IMG/VR virus record: IMGVR_UViG_3300028601_000020
Origin: a virus
Taxonomy: Duplodnaviria; Caudoviricetes
Strand: one strand, 5' to 3'
Length of the DNA stretch: 64,000 nt
Below the pieces are notes generated by a model. It made no database searches, had not been told where the DNA came from, and worked only from the letters and a program-made list of their open reading frames with translations. The translations under genes were made by a program, and so were the position numbers. Below, in pieces: positions 18,164-27,742 of the stretch (its first letter is position 1; the number at the start of each line of letters is the position of its first letter).

Positions 18164-18874
18164 GTGGCGAAAAAAACACTGAAAGACATTGGTATTAACG
18201 GAGTGTTTGCATTGTCCAGCAAGAACAAAGGACGATTGCTTCACCAAATTCTTAAAAATAAACTTGAGGTTCAATCAGAGTGGCTTAAAGACAACACCGT
18301 TGAACTTGGTGTTGAATTGATGGAATATTATTTGCCAGCAGAAGACAGGCAAACAATCATTCGGTGTTTTAACAAATTCAAAGAAAAAACAAAGCGACAA
18401 AGCACGGATCGCCACGAACCAATGTATGATGTTTTTTCTTCTACGAACAAGTTTTATCTTTATGTTGATGATAATTTAAACCAAAGTGTTGGTATTGGTA
18501 ACCCCTGTCAAATTGGATTTGAAACAGAGGAAGATGCATGGGGACGACGGTGGGAATCCCCTTATGTTGAATATTTTAAATGGATGTCACGGTCAAAAAA
18601 CGTTCATGATTTGCCGGAAAAACTCAAAAGAGAGGTTTTGCGATTTTATGAACACGAAAAGCATTTTGAAAGACAGCGGAAAGAAATTACCGATAACTTC
18701 CGCAAAGCAACGAATAACGTCAAATCTGTTTTTGAACTATGCGACCGAATCCCGCAAATGGTAGAAATTATCAACCAAGTTCTAGGGAAACCAAAATATG
18801 AGCCGAAAGTAAAGGCAAACTGTTCTGATGTTCTTGATGTTGACGCAGCGAAAAGGCTTTCCGATTTGCTCTAA
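18164..18874 (+). CDS. Hypothetical protein
   Basis: 236-aa ORF, GTG start with AAGGAG RBS. Confidence 0.75.
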   Translation: MAKKTLKDIGINGVFALSSKNKGRLLHQILKNKLEVQSEWLKDNTVELGVELMEYYLPAEDRQTIIRCFNKFKEKTKRQSTDRHEPMYDVFSSTNKFYLYVDDNLNQSVGIGNPCQIGFETEEDAWGRRWESPYVEYFKWMSRSKNVHDLPEKLKREVLRFYEHEKHFERQRKEITDNFRKATNNVKSVFELCDRIPQMVEIINQVLGKPKYEPKVKANCSDVLDVDAAKRLSDLL

Positions 18875-18888
18875 GTAGATCAAAAGCA

Positions 18889-18935
18889 TTGACAACGAAT
18901 GGGTATGATGATATGTTTCATCATGCCCATTTTAT
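18889..18935 (+). promoter_or_regulatory. gp43 promoter overlapped by a 14-bp inverted repeat or terminator
   Basis: TTGACA-N17-TATGTT; the -10 box forms the loop of aatgggtatgatga/tcatcatgcccatt. Confidence 0.6.
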
Positions 18936-18949
18936 TTTAAGGAGAACGA

Positions 18950-20476
18950 ATGAACCAATACTTGACAGTTTCAAGACACAAAAACTGTATTTATTCAAAA
19001 GAGGTTGATCAGGATTCAAAAACAATTTATCTGAAAAAAATAACCAAATATCCTTTTCGTTTTTTTGGTCCGTCTAAAGAAAAAACGGGATGGATTGACG
19101 TAAAAGGAAAGCCGCTCAAAGAAATCAATGCTGATTCTGTTGCAGACTTCAAGAACAAAACAAAATCAGTCCTTGAATATGGATACACGCTTTATGGAAC
19201 AGATAAACTCGAATATCAATACATTTATGAAGAATTTAAAGACGTAACCCCGAAAAATGATCTTATTATATCAGGGTTTTTTGATATTGAAACAGCAAGG
19301 GACGAGATTACTGGTTATTCTTCGCCAGCAGAAGCAAAAAATGAAATTATATCCATTTCATTGGTTGTCAAAGATAAAATTTATTATTGGGGAATGAAAG
19401 ACTTATCAAGTGAATTTTGCAAGAAACTGAATTTTGAATATTTTTGGTTCATGAATGAAGACGAAATGTTGGTTCATTTTGCAACTTTCATTCGTAATTC
19501 GGGAATCACTGTTCTATCAGGATGGAATATTGTTCAGTATGATATTCCATATTTCATGAATCGTATGAATAATTTGGAGATTGACAGAACAAAAATATCT
19601 CCTTTTGGTAAAGTGTTTGAACGTATGTTTAAAGATTCGTTCGGAAATGATGTTCAAACATTCAATATTGTCGGTATTGAGCTTCTTGATTACTTGGATC
19701 TTTATAAGAAATTTACTTACGTTACCCGCGACAATTACAAACTCAATACAATTGCACGGGTTGAACTACACGAAGAAAAAGTTGACTATTCAGAAGAAAG
19801 GAATCTTCAAGAGTTATATGAAAATGATTTTTACAAGTTCACTGAATACAACATTAAAGACTCTTTGTTAGTAAAACGACTTGATGAAAAACTGAAACTA
19901 ATTGACCTTTGTGTAACTATTGCATACAAGGCAAACGTGAATTTTGCAGACGCTCTTGGAACTGTAAAAATGTGGCAGTTTTATTTGTACAAAGAAATGT
20001 TGAATCAATACATGGTTCCTCCGATGAAACCGCAGAACACGGATGATTCGTCAATTATCGGTGCTTTTGTAAAAGATCCTCTTGTAGGAATGCACGAATG
20101 GATTGTTTCGTTTGACTTGGCTTCTCTGTATCCTCATAATCAAATGGGCTGTAATATCAGTCCAGATACTTTGCTTGATGACGATGAACTTCCTTCTGAG
20201 GTTCTTGATTTACGAAAGAAAATAATGTCAGAGTACCAAACGCTTGAAAATATTATTGAAGCGTTATCAAAGAAACAAATTGACTTAACAATCTTAAAGA
20301 AATATGATATAGGCATGACACCGAATGTCCAGTTTTATAAACGCGACAAACAAGGATTCATTCCCGAAATTCTTCATAAAGTTTATGATGACCGATCAAA
20401 AGCGAAAAAGAAAATGCTCTTGAAAAAGCAGGAATTAGAAAACCTCAAAGCGGAGTATAAGCATTATGAAAATTAA
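18950..20476 (+). CDS. 43: Family B DNA polymerase, N-terminal subunit (gp43A: exonuclease, palm motif A, first fingers helix)
   Basis: FDIET, GWNIVQYDIPY, YNIKDS, SFDLASLYP; ends within the fingers domain. Confidence 0.93.
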   Translation: MNQYLTVSRHKNCIYSKEVDQDSKTIYLKKITKYPFRFFGPSKEKTGWIDVKGKPLKEINADSVADFKNKTKSVLEYGYTLYGTDKLEYQYIYEEFKDVTPKNDLIISGFFDIETARDEITGYSSPAEAKNEIISISLVVKDKIYYWGMKDLSSEFCKKLNFEYFWFMNEDEMLVHFATFIRNSGITVLSGWNIVQYDIPYFMNRMNNLEIDRTKISPFGKVFERMFKDSFGNDVQTFNIVGIELLDYLDLYKKFTYVTRDNYKLNTIARVELHEEKVDYSEERNLQELYENDFYKFTEYNIKDSLLVKRLDEKLKLIDLCVTIAYKANVNFADALGTVKMWQFYLYKEMLNQYMVPPMKPQNTDDSSIIGAFVKDPLVGMHEWIVSFDLASLYPHNQMGCNISPDTLLDDDELPSEVLDLRKKIMSEYQTLENIIEALSKKQIDLTILKKYDIGMTPNVQFYKRDKQGFIPEILHKVYDDRSKAKKKMLLKKQELENLKAEYKHYEN

Positions 20477-20663
20477 AGTTATACAATGTCCATTGTGTTG
20501 CATGGAGTTGCCTGTTGAAATCTTTTTACATCATATGGCATCGGATCATGATATTGAAGCAAGTTCACTTCAGGAAGTAAACGACAGATTAAAAAATGTT
20601 GGGTTTCCAAATATTGAAATTTACGAAACTGACAATTCAGAAGAGAAACGGTTCTTTGTATGA
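20466..20663 (+). CDS. Small C2H2-type zinc-finger protein between the polymerase halves
   Basis: CPLC-x9-HMASDH; overlaps the gp43A stop and the gp43B start. Confidence 0.65.
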   Translation: MKIKVIQCPLCCMELPVEIFLHHMASDHDIEASSLQEVNDRLKNVGFPNIEIYETDNSEEKRFFV

Positions 20664-21980
20664 AACTGACTAAAGAAGAATACTTTAAAAAGAAAAATGA
20701 GCTTGAATCAGAAATTGCTCAATTAAATGCCTATCAAATGGCAGCTAAAATCATGATGAACAGTTGATAAAATTTGCTGTTCTAAAACTCCTCTAATTCA
20801 GGGAACCTCCTTAAAATCAAGGACAATCCTGAGCCAAGACCAGAATGGTACGGTGCAACGACTAGCCGAAAGGCGTAGGGTGTAAGCGAATGACACCCGA
20901 AACGGGGAGGGACAGAAAACGTCCAAGATATAGTCTGATCTATATGGCAACATATAGCTGGATTCGTTCCGGGGCAAGATTTGCGCTCTTGTTTGAACAT
21001 AGATGGAATATGGAGCAATGGCCAATGCAAATTTTATTTTTTACGATTCAAGAAATGCTGAGGCTATCACGTCAACAGGACAGGTGGCAATTAAATTCAT
21101 TGAAAGAAAGTTCAATGAATACTTCCACAAATTGCTTGGTACTGATACTGATGTTGTCTTGGCAGTGGATACCGACTCAAATTATCTTCGTTTCGGCCCT
21201 GTTGTCAGAAAGTTTTTTAAGAACAAATCAGAAGCCGAAATTGTTGATTTGCTTGATAAGATAGCAAATGAACAGATTCAGCCTTATATTGATAAGTCTT
21301 ATCATGAATTGTCTGATTATTTGAATTCATTTGATATGCAATGGAAAATGAAACGGGAAGCAATTGCTTCAAAAGGTGTTTTTGTTGCAAAAAAGCGTTA
21401 TTTCATGCATATTTTGGATGATGAAGGAGTCAGAATGAAATCTCCAAAATTGAAAGTGACAGGACTTGAAGCGGTTCGTTCAAGCACTCCTGAAATTTGT
21501 CGTGAAGCATTAAAGAAAGCAATGAAAATCATTCTTGATAAAAATGAGGAAGCAGTTCAGCGATTTATTCAAGAATTTAAAAAAGAATTCTTTGAGGCTC
21601 ATGTCCTTGATATTTGTTTTCCTCGTTCTGTGTCAGATATTGAAAAGTGGATTGATTCGTCTGGCAATGCTTTGAAAGGAATGCCTATTGCGGTTCGTGG
21701 TGCTTATGTTTATAATAAAACAATTAGGGCGATTGACCAGAAAGAAGAAACCATTAAATCGGGTGATAAAGTTTCTTTTGTGTACATGAAGCAGCCGAAC
21801 AGATTTAAATCAAACGTTTTGGCGTTTCCTAATTATATTCCGAAGTGTCTTGAAATAGAAGATACTGAAATTGACAAAAACACCCAATTTGAAAAATCTT
21901 TCTTGACTTCATTGAGGATCATTCTTGGTGTTGTCGGATGGAAAGAGGAAGTCGTGAACGATTTGACCGCGTTTTTCTGA
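20660..21980 (+). CDS. 43: Family B DNA polymerase, C-terminal subunit (gp43B); exons 20660-20764 and 21006-21980
   Basis: Exon 1 ends QMAAKIMMNS, exon 2 begins EYGAMAN, restoring motif B KxxxNSxYG; also DTDS, KKRY, GLEAVRSSTP. Confidence 0.9.
20765..21005 (+). mobile_element. Group I self-splicing intron, 241 nt, no ORF
   Basis: P1: exon GAACAGU pairs with GCUGUUC (U-G at splice site); core elements aattcagggaa, aatcctgagc, gcaacgactag, aagatatagtc; terminal G; splicing restores the frame. Confidence 0.9.
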
Positions 21981-22029
21981 TAGAGATAATTTACGAAGAA
22001 TAAATACATATAAGGCGAGGAATACGAAT

Positions 22030-22155
22030 ATGAAAACGAAAAAACTCAAAATCAGGATTCCTATTCCTCGCCCCGGTGTTCCGTTTAAACACAAAAAACG
22101 GTATTCGCGTAAATCAAAACACAAAAGAGAAAAATGCTCAAATTACAACGATTGA
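22030..22155 (+). CDS. 41-aa basic peptide, not in the ORF track
   Basis: MKTKKLKIRIPIPRPGVPFKHKKRYSRKSKHK...; GAGG RBS and AATAAATA late-like promoter upstream. Confidence 0.5.
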   Translation: MKTKKLKIRIPIPRPGVPFKHKKRYSRKSKHKREKCSNYND

Positions 22156-22589
22156 TTCAGGAAGCCAGAATTGTTGGCAAAATTGAACTGCAAGGTGGAA
22201 AGAAGGATGATCGTGGATCGTCTTCTGGAAAAGTTTCACAGTCTGATTTGAAAGAACTCGAAAAAGTTCTTGACAAATTGTTTGCGACTGTTAAAATTGA
22301 TGTGGAATTTACCCGCCATTTCTTGGATCGCGTAAATGATCCAAGAAACAAAAAGCAAATCACAATTGAAGAACTTCGGTCACTCTTTCAGAAAACGTAT
22401 CAGAAATATAAAGATCGTCTTGTGAAAATGGGGCCAGATACGGAAGCTGTCTTGAACGATTTGCAAACAGATATTAATACCCCATTTGCCCTTGTATGGG
22501 ACAAGAAAAACAATGAACTTGATCTTGTGGCAAAAACCACAATGAGAAAGAAAGATTTTAAGACTAGTAACGTTAAACTGAAAGTTTAA
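22134..22589 (+). CDS. Hypothetical protein
   Basis: 151-aa ORF; FTRHFLDRVNDPRN...KTTMRKKDF. Confidence 0.75.
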   Translation: MLKLQRLIQEARIVGKIELQGGKKDDRGSSSGKVSQSDLKELEKVLDKLFATVKIDVEFTRHFLDRVNDPRNKKQITIEELRSLFQKTYQKYKDRLVKMGPDTEAVLNDLQTDINTPFALVWDKKNNELDLVAKTTMRKKDFKTSNVKLKV

Positions 22590-22614
22590 TTATTAACATT
22601 AAATAGGTGATTTT

Positions 22615-22974
22615 ATGACTCTTTTAAGGGTTAAAGTGGCTGTTATTGGTTCAAGAAATTTCAATGATTATGAACTTGTCAAGAAAACTCTTGATGAAAT
22701 GAACATTTCGTTAATCGTTTCTGGTGGCGCAAAAGGTGCTGATTCTTTTGGTGAAAAATACGCCAAAGAGAAAGACATTAATACGCTTATTTTCTATCCT
22801 GATTGGAAGAAATACGGAAAAGCCGCTGGGATGATAAGAAACACCGAAATCGTCAAAAATTCTGATATCATTGTTGCTTTTTGGGATGGTGTTTCAAAAG
22901 GAACAAAGGATTCAATTAATAAAGCAAAAAAATTAAACAAACAAGTCAAGGTGGTATTGTTTGAAAACGTTTAA
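22615..22974 (+). CDS. SLOG / YspA-like (DUF2493) protein
   Basis: AVIGSRNF, IVSGGAKGAD, AGMIRN, FWDGVSKGT. Confidence 0.88.
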   Translation: MTLLRVKVAVIGSRNFNDYELVKKTLDEMNISLIVSGGAKGADSFGEKYAKEKDINTLIFYPDWKKYGKAAGMIRNTEIVKNSDIIVAFWDGVSKGTKDSINKAKKLNKQVKVVLFENV

Positions 22975-23740
22975 AGATTTCCAGAATGATCTTGATGAAG
23001 CCTTTAAGATGAAAGATGGAAAAGTTCAGTTTGATTATAAATCAGACGATCCTGAAGGTATTTCATCAAGATTAGGTAAAACTGTAGGCAAGTTGCGAAA
23101 ATTTGAACCTTATGTTACGACAACACAAACGTCCACAAAACATAAAGTTTTTTCTGTTTACAGTTCTCAAGGTCCAAACTCGACCACAATTCTTAAAGGG
23201 CTCAAAAAGCATACAGGCGAAGTTGACGCAAATGAATACGAACAGTTCCTCAAACGGACTGGTCTGTTCATTACTGCAAAAATAATGAAGAAAGAAAATA
23301 TTGACATTGTTGTTTATCCTGCAAGCTCGTCCAATCTTATTAATGATGTAGTTGAAAACATAAAAGACAGAAGTTCCGGTATTAAGGTTTTTTCAAACTC
23401 ATTTGTCAAGACAATTCCTTCAAAGATTGAAATTGATCGGGATGATCCAAAAATCACTCCTGAAATGATCAAATATCTTGAAAAAGAAATGGAGAAAGCA
23501 AAAAAAGCTGGTTACTTCGCAATGAAAGAAATCAAACAAGTCAGAGCAAGAAAATTCATTAAAAACTTTCTTGAACTTGCTCCTGATCCTCGTTTGAGAA
23601 AGTCTCTTGAAGGAAGAAATATTATGGTGATGGATGATGTTCTTGCGTCAGGAAATACTCTTGCTGAAATGTGTCGGCAAATTGAAATGTACTCTCCTAA
23701 TAAAGTTATTATCGTAACTTTGTTCAAATCTGCAAAATAA
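22961..23740 (+). CDS. Phosphoribosyltransferase-like protein
   Basis: PRPP-binding loop IMVMDDVLASGNT. Confidence 0.8.
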   Translation: MKTFKDFQNDLDEAFKMKDGKVQFDYKSDDPEGISSRLGKTVGKLRKFEPYVTTTQTSTKHKVFSVYSSQGPNSTTILKGLKKHTGEVDANEYEQFLKRTGLFITAKIMKKENIDIVVYPASSSNLINDVVENIKDRSSGIKVFSNSFVKTIPSKIEIDRDDPKITPEMIKYLEKEMEKAKKAGYFAMKEIKQVRARKFIKNFLELAPDPRLRKSLEGRNIMVMDDVLASGNTLAEMCRQIEMYSPNKVIIVTLFKSAK

Positions 23741-23750
23741 GAGGAATATC

Positions 23751-24314
23751 ATGAAAACAGCCATTGTTACATACGGAAGATTCAATCCTGTAACGAAAGG
23801 CCATATGAAGATGTTTACGAAAATGCATTCTTTGAAAGTTAAAGAAGGCGGAGACTTATACGTTTTCCCTTCAAGACAAGAAAAGAATTCAACAAATCCT
23901 CTGTCTTTTCACGACAAGAAAGGATTGCTGAAACGGGTTCTTCCGGGATTTATTATTTTTGACAACATTAAAGTCCGTACTCCTTATGATGCAATGAAAT
24001 ATTTGTCCAATAAAGGATATGGGAAAGTTATTTTTGTTGTTGGCGAAGATAGGATTCATATGGCAAAGAACATTGAAAAATATATTAATCACCCTGATCC
24101 TGAAAAGTCTTTTTTCTTTACAGAATATATTGTTGTGAATGCAGGAAAACGGAAACCAGAATCAAATGGAATTATTGGAATTTCCGGTTCTAAAGTTAGA
24201 CAATTTGCATTTGATAATGAATATGAAAAATTCAGGAAAGATTTCGTTGATATGCCGGATGAATTTGTAAAACAATATTTCAAGAAAATCAAAACAGCAA
24301 TGGCAAAAGAATGA
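23751..24314 (+). CDS. Cytidylyltransferase-like (HIGH-family) nucleotidyltransferase
   Basis: YGRFNPVTKGH, NPLSF, VVGEDR, ISGSKVR. Confidence 0.88.
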   Translation: MKTAIVTYGRFNPVTKGHMKMFTKMHSLKVKEGGDLYVFPSRQEKNSTNPLSFHDKKGLLKRVLPGFIIFDNIKVRTPYDAMKYLSNKGYGKVIFVVGEDRIHMAKNIEKYINHPDPEKSFFFTEYIVVNAGKRKPESNGIIGISGSKVRQFAFDNEYEKFRKDFVDMPDEFVKQYFKKIKTAMAKE

Positions 24315-25762
24315 AAGGTTTTTTAGAATACTTGACAGAGTTATCAATCCAAGCAGCGGCAAGTTTTGCTGCCACTTATCATAAAGGACAGACAAGAAAA
24401 CTTTCCGGGGATCCTTATGTGGTACACCCGGAAGCTGTTTTCAATTCAATTAAGAAACTTGGTATCAAAGATAGAAATATATTGACCGCTATTTATATTT
24501 GCAATTATTTCCGTGCCATCTTTTATAATTTGCACGATCAAATGATTTACCACAAAATTCACAATTAATTTTATTTGATGATCTATTCGGGTTTAATTTG
24601 CAATTATCATTATGGTGTATTTTTAAATTTGCAGTATCCATTTTCACTCCACAATAAATGCATATGTCATAATGAAGCTTTCGTTTTTCTCTAATGGTTC
24701 TATTGGGATTATATTTACAAAATTCACCATGAAATTGAAATCCGTTAGAGGGTATATATTTATTACAATGTTCACAAAATATTAATTCCGGAGATTTTCT
24801 GTTTTTATAAGGACTTTCTTTTCTATTAGGATTATGTTTACAAAATTCGCCATGCCACATTTTAAAATTAGAAGTTAGAATAAATTCTTCACAAAATTCA
24901 CAAAAAGTAAACCTAGAAGATTTACGCAAATCTCTATTAGGATTATGTTTACAAAATTCGCCATGATGTTGAGAATAATGTAAAATATCAGTTTCTATTT
25001 TACAAAATTCGCAAATATAAGGGATGTTGAAATTGTTCATTCCAACATAGGCAAATAACATTTTACATTTAAATTTATTTTTTGAAAATATCTTTGGTAT
25101 TAATTTATGAATTTCTAAATGATTGGAAATAGAAACTCCAATTAAATTTCTGTTATCATTTTTTAATTCTGGAAAAATTGATTTGGGCAGAATGTGATGA
25201 ATATGATTTCGTGTATCATTTGTTGATGATATCAATAAATTATAATATTCATCCATAAAAGTTTCATTTGAATTTTTATCAACATTTTTGAAATAATTGT
25301 TGATTTCTTCTTTTGTATAAATATTTTTATATAATGACATTTTAATCTCCTTTTGTTTATAATATTATTTATACTTTTGGAAAATATGATACTGTTGAAG
25401 ACACCCCAGCAACTTATAATAAAATCAAAAATGAGTTTAATAAAGAGGTTGCTGATCTTGTCAAAGAGTTAACCAGTTCAGACAAAGAAATCAAGACAAT
25501 GGGCAAACCTGAGTATCTTGCAAAGAAAATGATTCAAATGTCAGATAATGCTCTGGTTATCAAGCTGGCAGACAGGTGGCATAATATTCAGGATGTTTTT
25601 CAAATGCCAGAGAACAAAGCCAAGAAAATGATCATGCAGACAAATTTTATTCTTGGCGAACTGAAAGCAAAGAGAAATTTGAACAAAAATCACAAAAAAA
25701 TCATCCGAGAAATTGAAAAAACACTTGAAAGAAGCGGAGTCACTGTGTATAGTCTTAATTGA
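24311..25762 (+). pseudogene. HD-domain (p)ppGpp-hydrolase-like gene interrupted by an antisense HNH gene
   Basis: 5' part HKGQTRKLSGDPYVVHP...ILTA; 3' part DTVEDT...VKELT...IKLADRWHN resumes at about 25388; His of the HD motif is missing at the junction. Confidence 0.8.
24489..25340 (-). CDS. HNH homing endonuclease with repeated CxxC...H..xC zinc modules, antisense
   Basis: HIHHILPKSIFP...N...NHLEIH plus about 5 CEFC...HGEFCKHNPNR-like repeats; minus-strand GGAG RBS and TATAAATA. Confidence 0.85.
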   Translation of the reverse strand: MSLYKNIYTKEEINNYFKNVDKNSNETFMDEYYNLLISSTNDTRNHIHHILPKSIFPELKNDNRNLIGVSISNHLEIHKLIPKIFSKNKFKCKMLFAYVGMNNFNIPYICEFCKIETDILHYSQHHGEFCKHNPNRDLRKSSRFTFCEFCEEFILTSNFKMWHGEFCKHNPNRKESPYKNRKSPELIFCEHCNKYIPSNGFQFHGEFCKYNPNRTIREKRKLHYDICIYCGVKMDTANLKIHHNDNCKLNPNRSSNKINCEFCGKSFDRANYKRWHGNNCKYK

Positions 25763-25952
25763 GAGTTGAGGGTTAGTTGATTAAATGATTTTTTAATGAT
25801 TTTTGTGAGGTTCAAAATGATTGCTTCCGCTCTTCGTATTGTTGAAATGCTTAAAAACGCAATTTTTTGGAACGCCGTTCTTGCCAGTGTTTTGATGCTG
25901 CAAGTCGGTTTTGTTAAAGTTATGTGTGAACTCTTCATTTAAGGAGATAGTT

Positions 25953-26207
25953 ATGAAAGACATGAAAGATATGAATGTTCAAGAAAGAATTGCCCGAATC
26001 AATGAACTTCGTGAAGAATTGGAAAACCATTGTATGTGCGCTGATTTCATGGATCGTGGTAATGTTTATGTTGTGATTTATCCTCCCGGTTATACCAATT
26101 ATCAGGGAATTCAGCACAACTTGGACAAAGGAAAAATTCATGCACTTGAACAGCTAATTAAACGCTGCGAAGATGATTGGCAAGAGTCCATGTTTTGGAA
26201 AAATTAA
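25953..26207 (+). CDS. Hypothetical protein
   Basis: AAGGAG RBS before ATG 25953. Confidence 0.65.
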   Translation: MKDMKDMNVQERIARINELREELENHCMCADFMDRGNVYVVIYPPGYTNYQGIQHNLDKGKIHALEQLIKRCEDDWQESMFWKN

Positions 26208-26231
26208 ATCCAAGAATCAAGAAACAAAAAA

Positions 26232-27251
26232 ATGAAAAATTATAAAAATTTTATAATGGAAATCAAAATGACAGTCCAAGATGCCTTGAAGGTGTTTGGG
26301 CTTACTTCTGTTCCTACTGACAAGGAACTTTCAATTCGTTATAAAGAACTTGCAAAAAAGTTTCATCCGGATCGTGGTGGTTCTGTCTCTGATATGCAAC
26401 GGTTGAATGCCGCGAACGATTACTTGAAAAGTTATGCCGGAACCGATCACCAACAAGCGTTTACTTCTTATAAAGATTCAGCAAAAGAATACTGGGCACT
26501 GGCCGCAGGAGTAAAAGCGATTCTCAAGAAAAAATTTAAGCCCGAAGTGTACACGGCTTATTTTGAGAATATCTTTCAAAAACGCTTTACTGCAACTGTG
26601 AATTTTTATCCAGAAAAGACAAGCGGAACCCATCCGTATTATGCTGGTTTGAAAGCAAAGTTTTCATCGGACGATGGTGAGTCTTATTTTGATCTTGATA
26701 TCTCCATTTATCTGACTGATATGCGCCGGAATACAAGTCTTTCTGGAGCAGATATTGACATTAACTTGCATGTTGTGGCTTATGGGTTCCACAATAATCG
26801 TAAGCAAAAAATGGCACAAAGAGATTGGAAATATACCAATACTCATTCAATTCTTGAAGATCCTAAATCGGTCTTTCCTGAAGCAAAATTGAAAAAAAGC
26901 ATTTCAGCAAAAAACAAGAAATTCACACGAAAAGACGCCCAGCTTTTCTTGGAGAAGAAACTGAATGCTAATGTTACAAATGATTGTGCGTGGATTCCGC
27001 TTGAGGATGGCATTCAAATTGTAATTTGTCGTCAAGTCTATATGCGGGTGCCTGTTTGGATTCCTAATGGAATTTATAAGAAAGGCAACATGATAAGCAA
27101 ACGTGTCCGAATGTTGTCTGTGTGGACCATGCCAGAAACCGAAGCTGCCATGAAAGAACTTGAAAAACTGATAAATAAAGCAAAGAAGACAACAGATTTG
27201 GATGAAATTGACAAAATTCTCCATAACCTCAAAAACACAAAATTTGAATGA
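26232..27251 (+). CDS. J-domain (DnaJ-like) protein
   Basis: ALKVFGL...YKELAKKFHPDRGG...MQRLNAA. Confidence 0.85.
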   Translation: MKNYKNFIMEIKMTVQDALKVFGLTSVPTDKELSIRYKELAKKFHPDRGGSVSDMQRLNAANDYLKSYAGTDHQQAFTSYKDSAKEYWALAAGVKAILKKKFKPEVYTAYFENIFQKRFTATVNFYPEKTSGTHPYYAGLKAKFSSDDGESYFDLDISIYLTDMRRNTSLSGADIDINLHVVAYGFHNNRKQKMAQRDWKYTNTHSILEDPKSVFPEAKLKKSISAKNKKFTRKDAQLFLEKKLNANVTNDCAWIPLEDGIQIVICRQVYMRVPVWIPNGIYKKGNMISKRVRMLSVWTMPETEAAMKELEKLINKAKKTTDLDEIDKILHNLKNTKFE

Positions 27252-27697
27252 TTCATAGAATAAAGGCTTTCAGAGATTATCTGAAAGAACAAACCATTAC
27301 GATTCAAGGCAAGAAACTTGATTTGACTGTTCCTAAAAGAGCGGTCAAATCAAGCAAAATTGTTTTTGTTGATGCCAATAAATTTGATTCAATGTACAAG
27401 AAAGAAGAAATGTATGTTGGTTCAAAAGGGAAAGGCGGAAACAGAGATAAATACAACAGAATCAATCTTTTTGTTTTTGGTGGGTATGAAGATGTAGGTG
27501 GAGGAATAAAAATTCCTTATAAACCGTTTTCTGGTACATTTGAAGTTTCAGAAGTTTCAGTTAGCAATGAAGGCCGTATTTCTTTTACTGATGGGAGACA
27601 TAGGTTCGCATGGTTTAAAGATTCAGGATTGAAAAAAATACCAGTAGCAATGAGCAAAGAATCAATTCAAAACGCCAAAAAATTTAATTTACTCTAA
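27248..27697 (+). CDS. ParB/Srx-like domain protein
   Basis: FTDGRHRF...G...IPV motif. Confidence 0.6.
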   Translation: MIHRIKAFRDYLKEQTITIQGKKLDLTVPKRAVKSSKIVFVDANKFDSMYKKEEMYVGSKGKGGNRDKYNRINLFVFGGYEDVGGGIKIPYKPFSGTFEVSEVSVSNEGRISFTDGRHRFAWFKDSGLKKIPVAMSKESIQNAKKFNLL

Positions 27698-27700
27698 AAG

Positions 27701-27742
27701 ATGAAACACTACAAAGAATTTATTGTTGAGGACAATTGTTAA
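27701..27742 (+). pseudogene. Orphaned original N-terminus (MKHYKEFIVE) of the gene now starting at 28607
   Basis: Aligns with MKHFSSFIVE; tttattgttga shared at both junctions. Confidence 0.75.

Noticed and set aside
20782-21264. ORFs 20782..21030(-), 20798..21025(-) and 20890..21264(+)
   Set aside because: They overlap the group I intron core and polymerase exon 2 and show no protein motifs.
18950-21980. Stop-codon reassignment or read-through as the cause of fragmented genes
   Set aside because: Most genes are full length in the standard code, all three stop codons end genes, no suppressor tRNA is seen, and the breaks are explained by an intron, a split intein or insertions.
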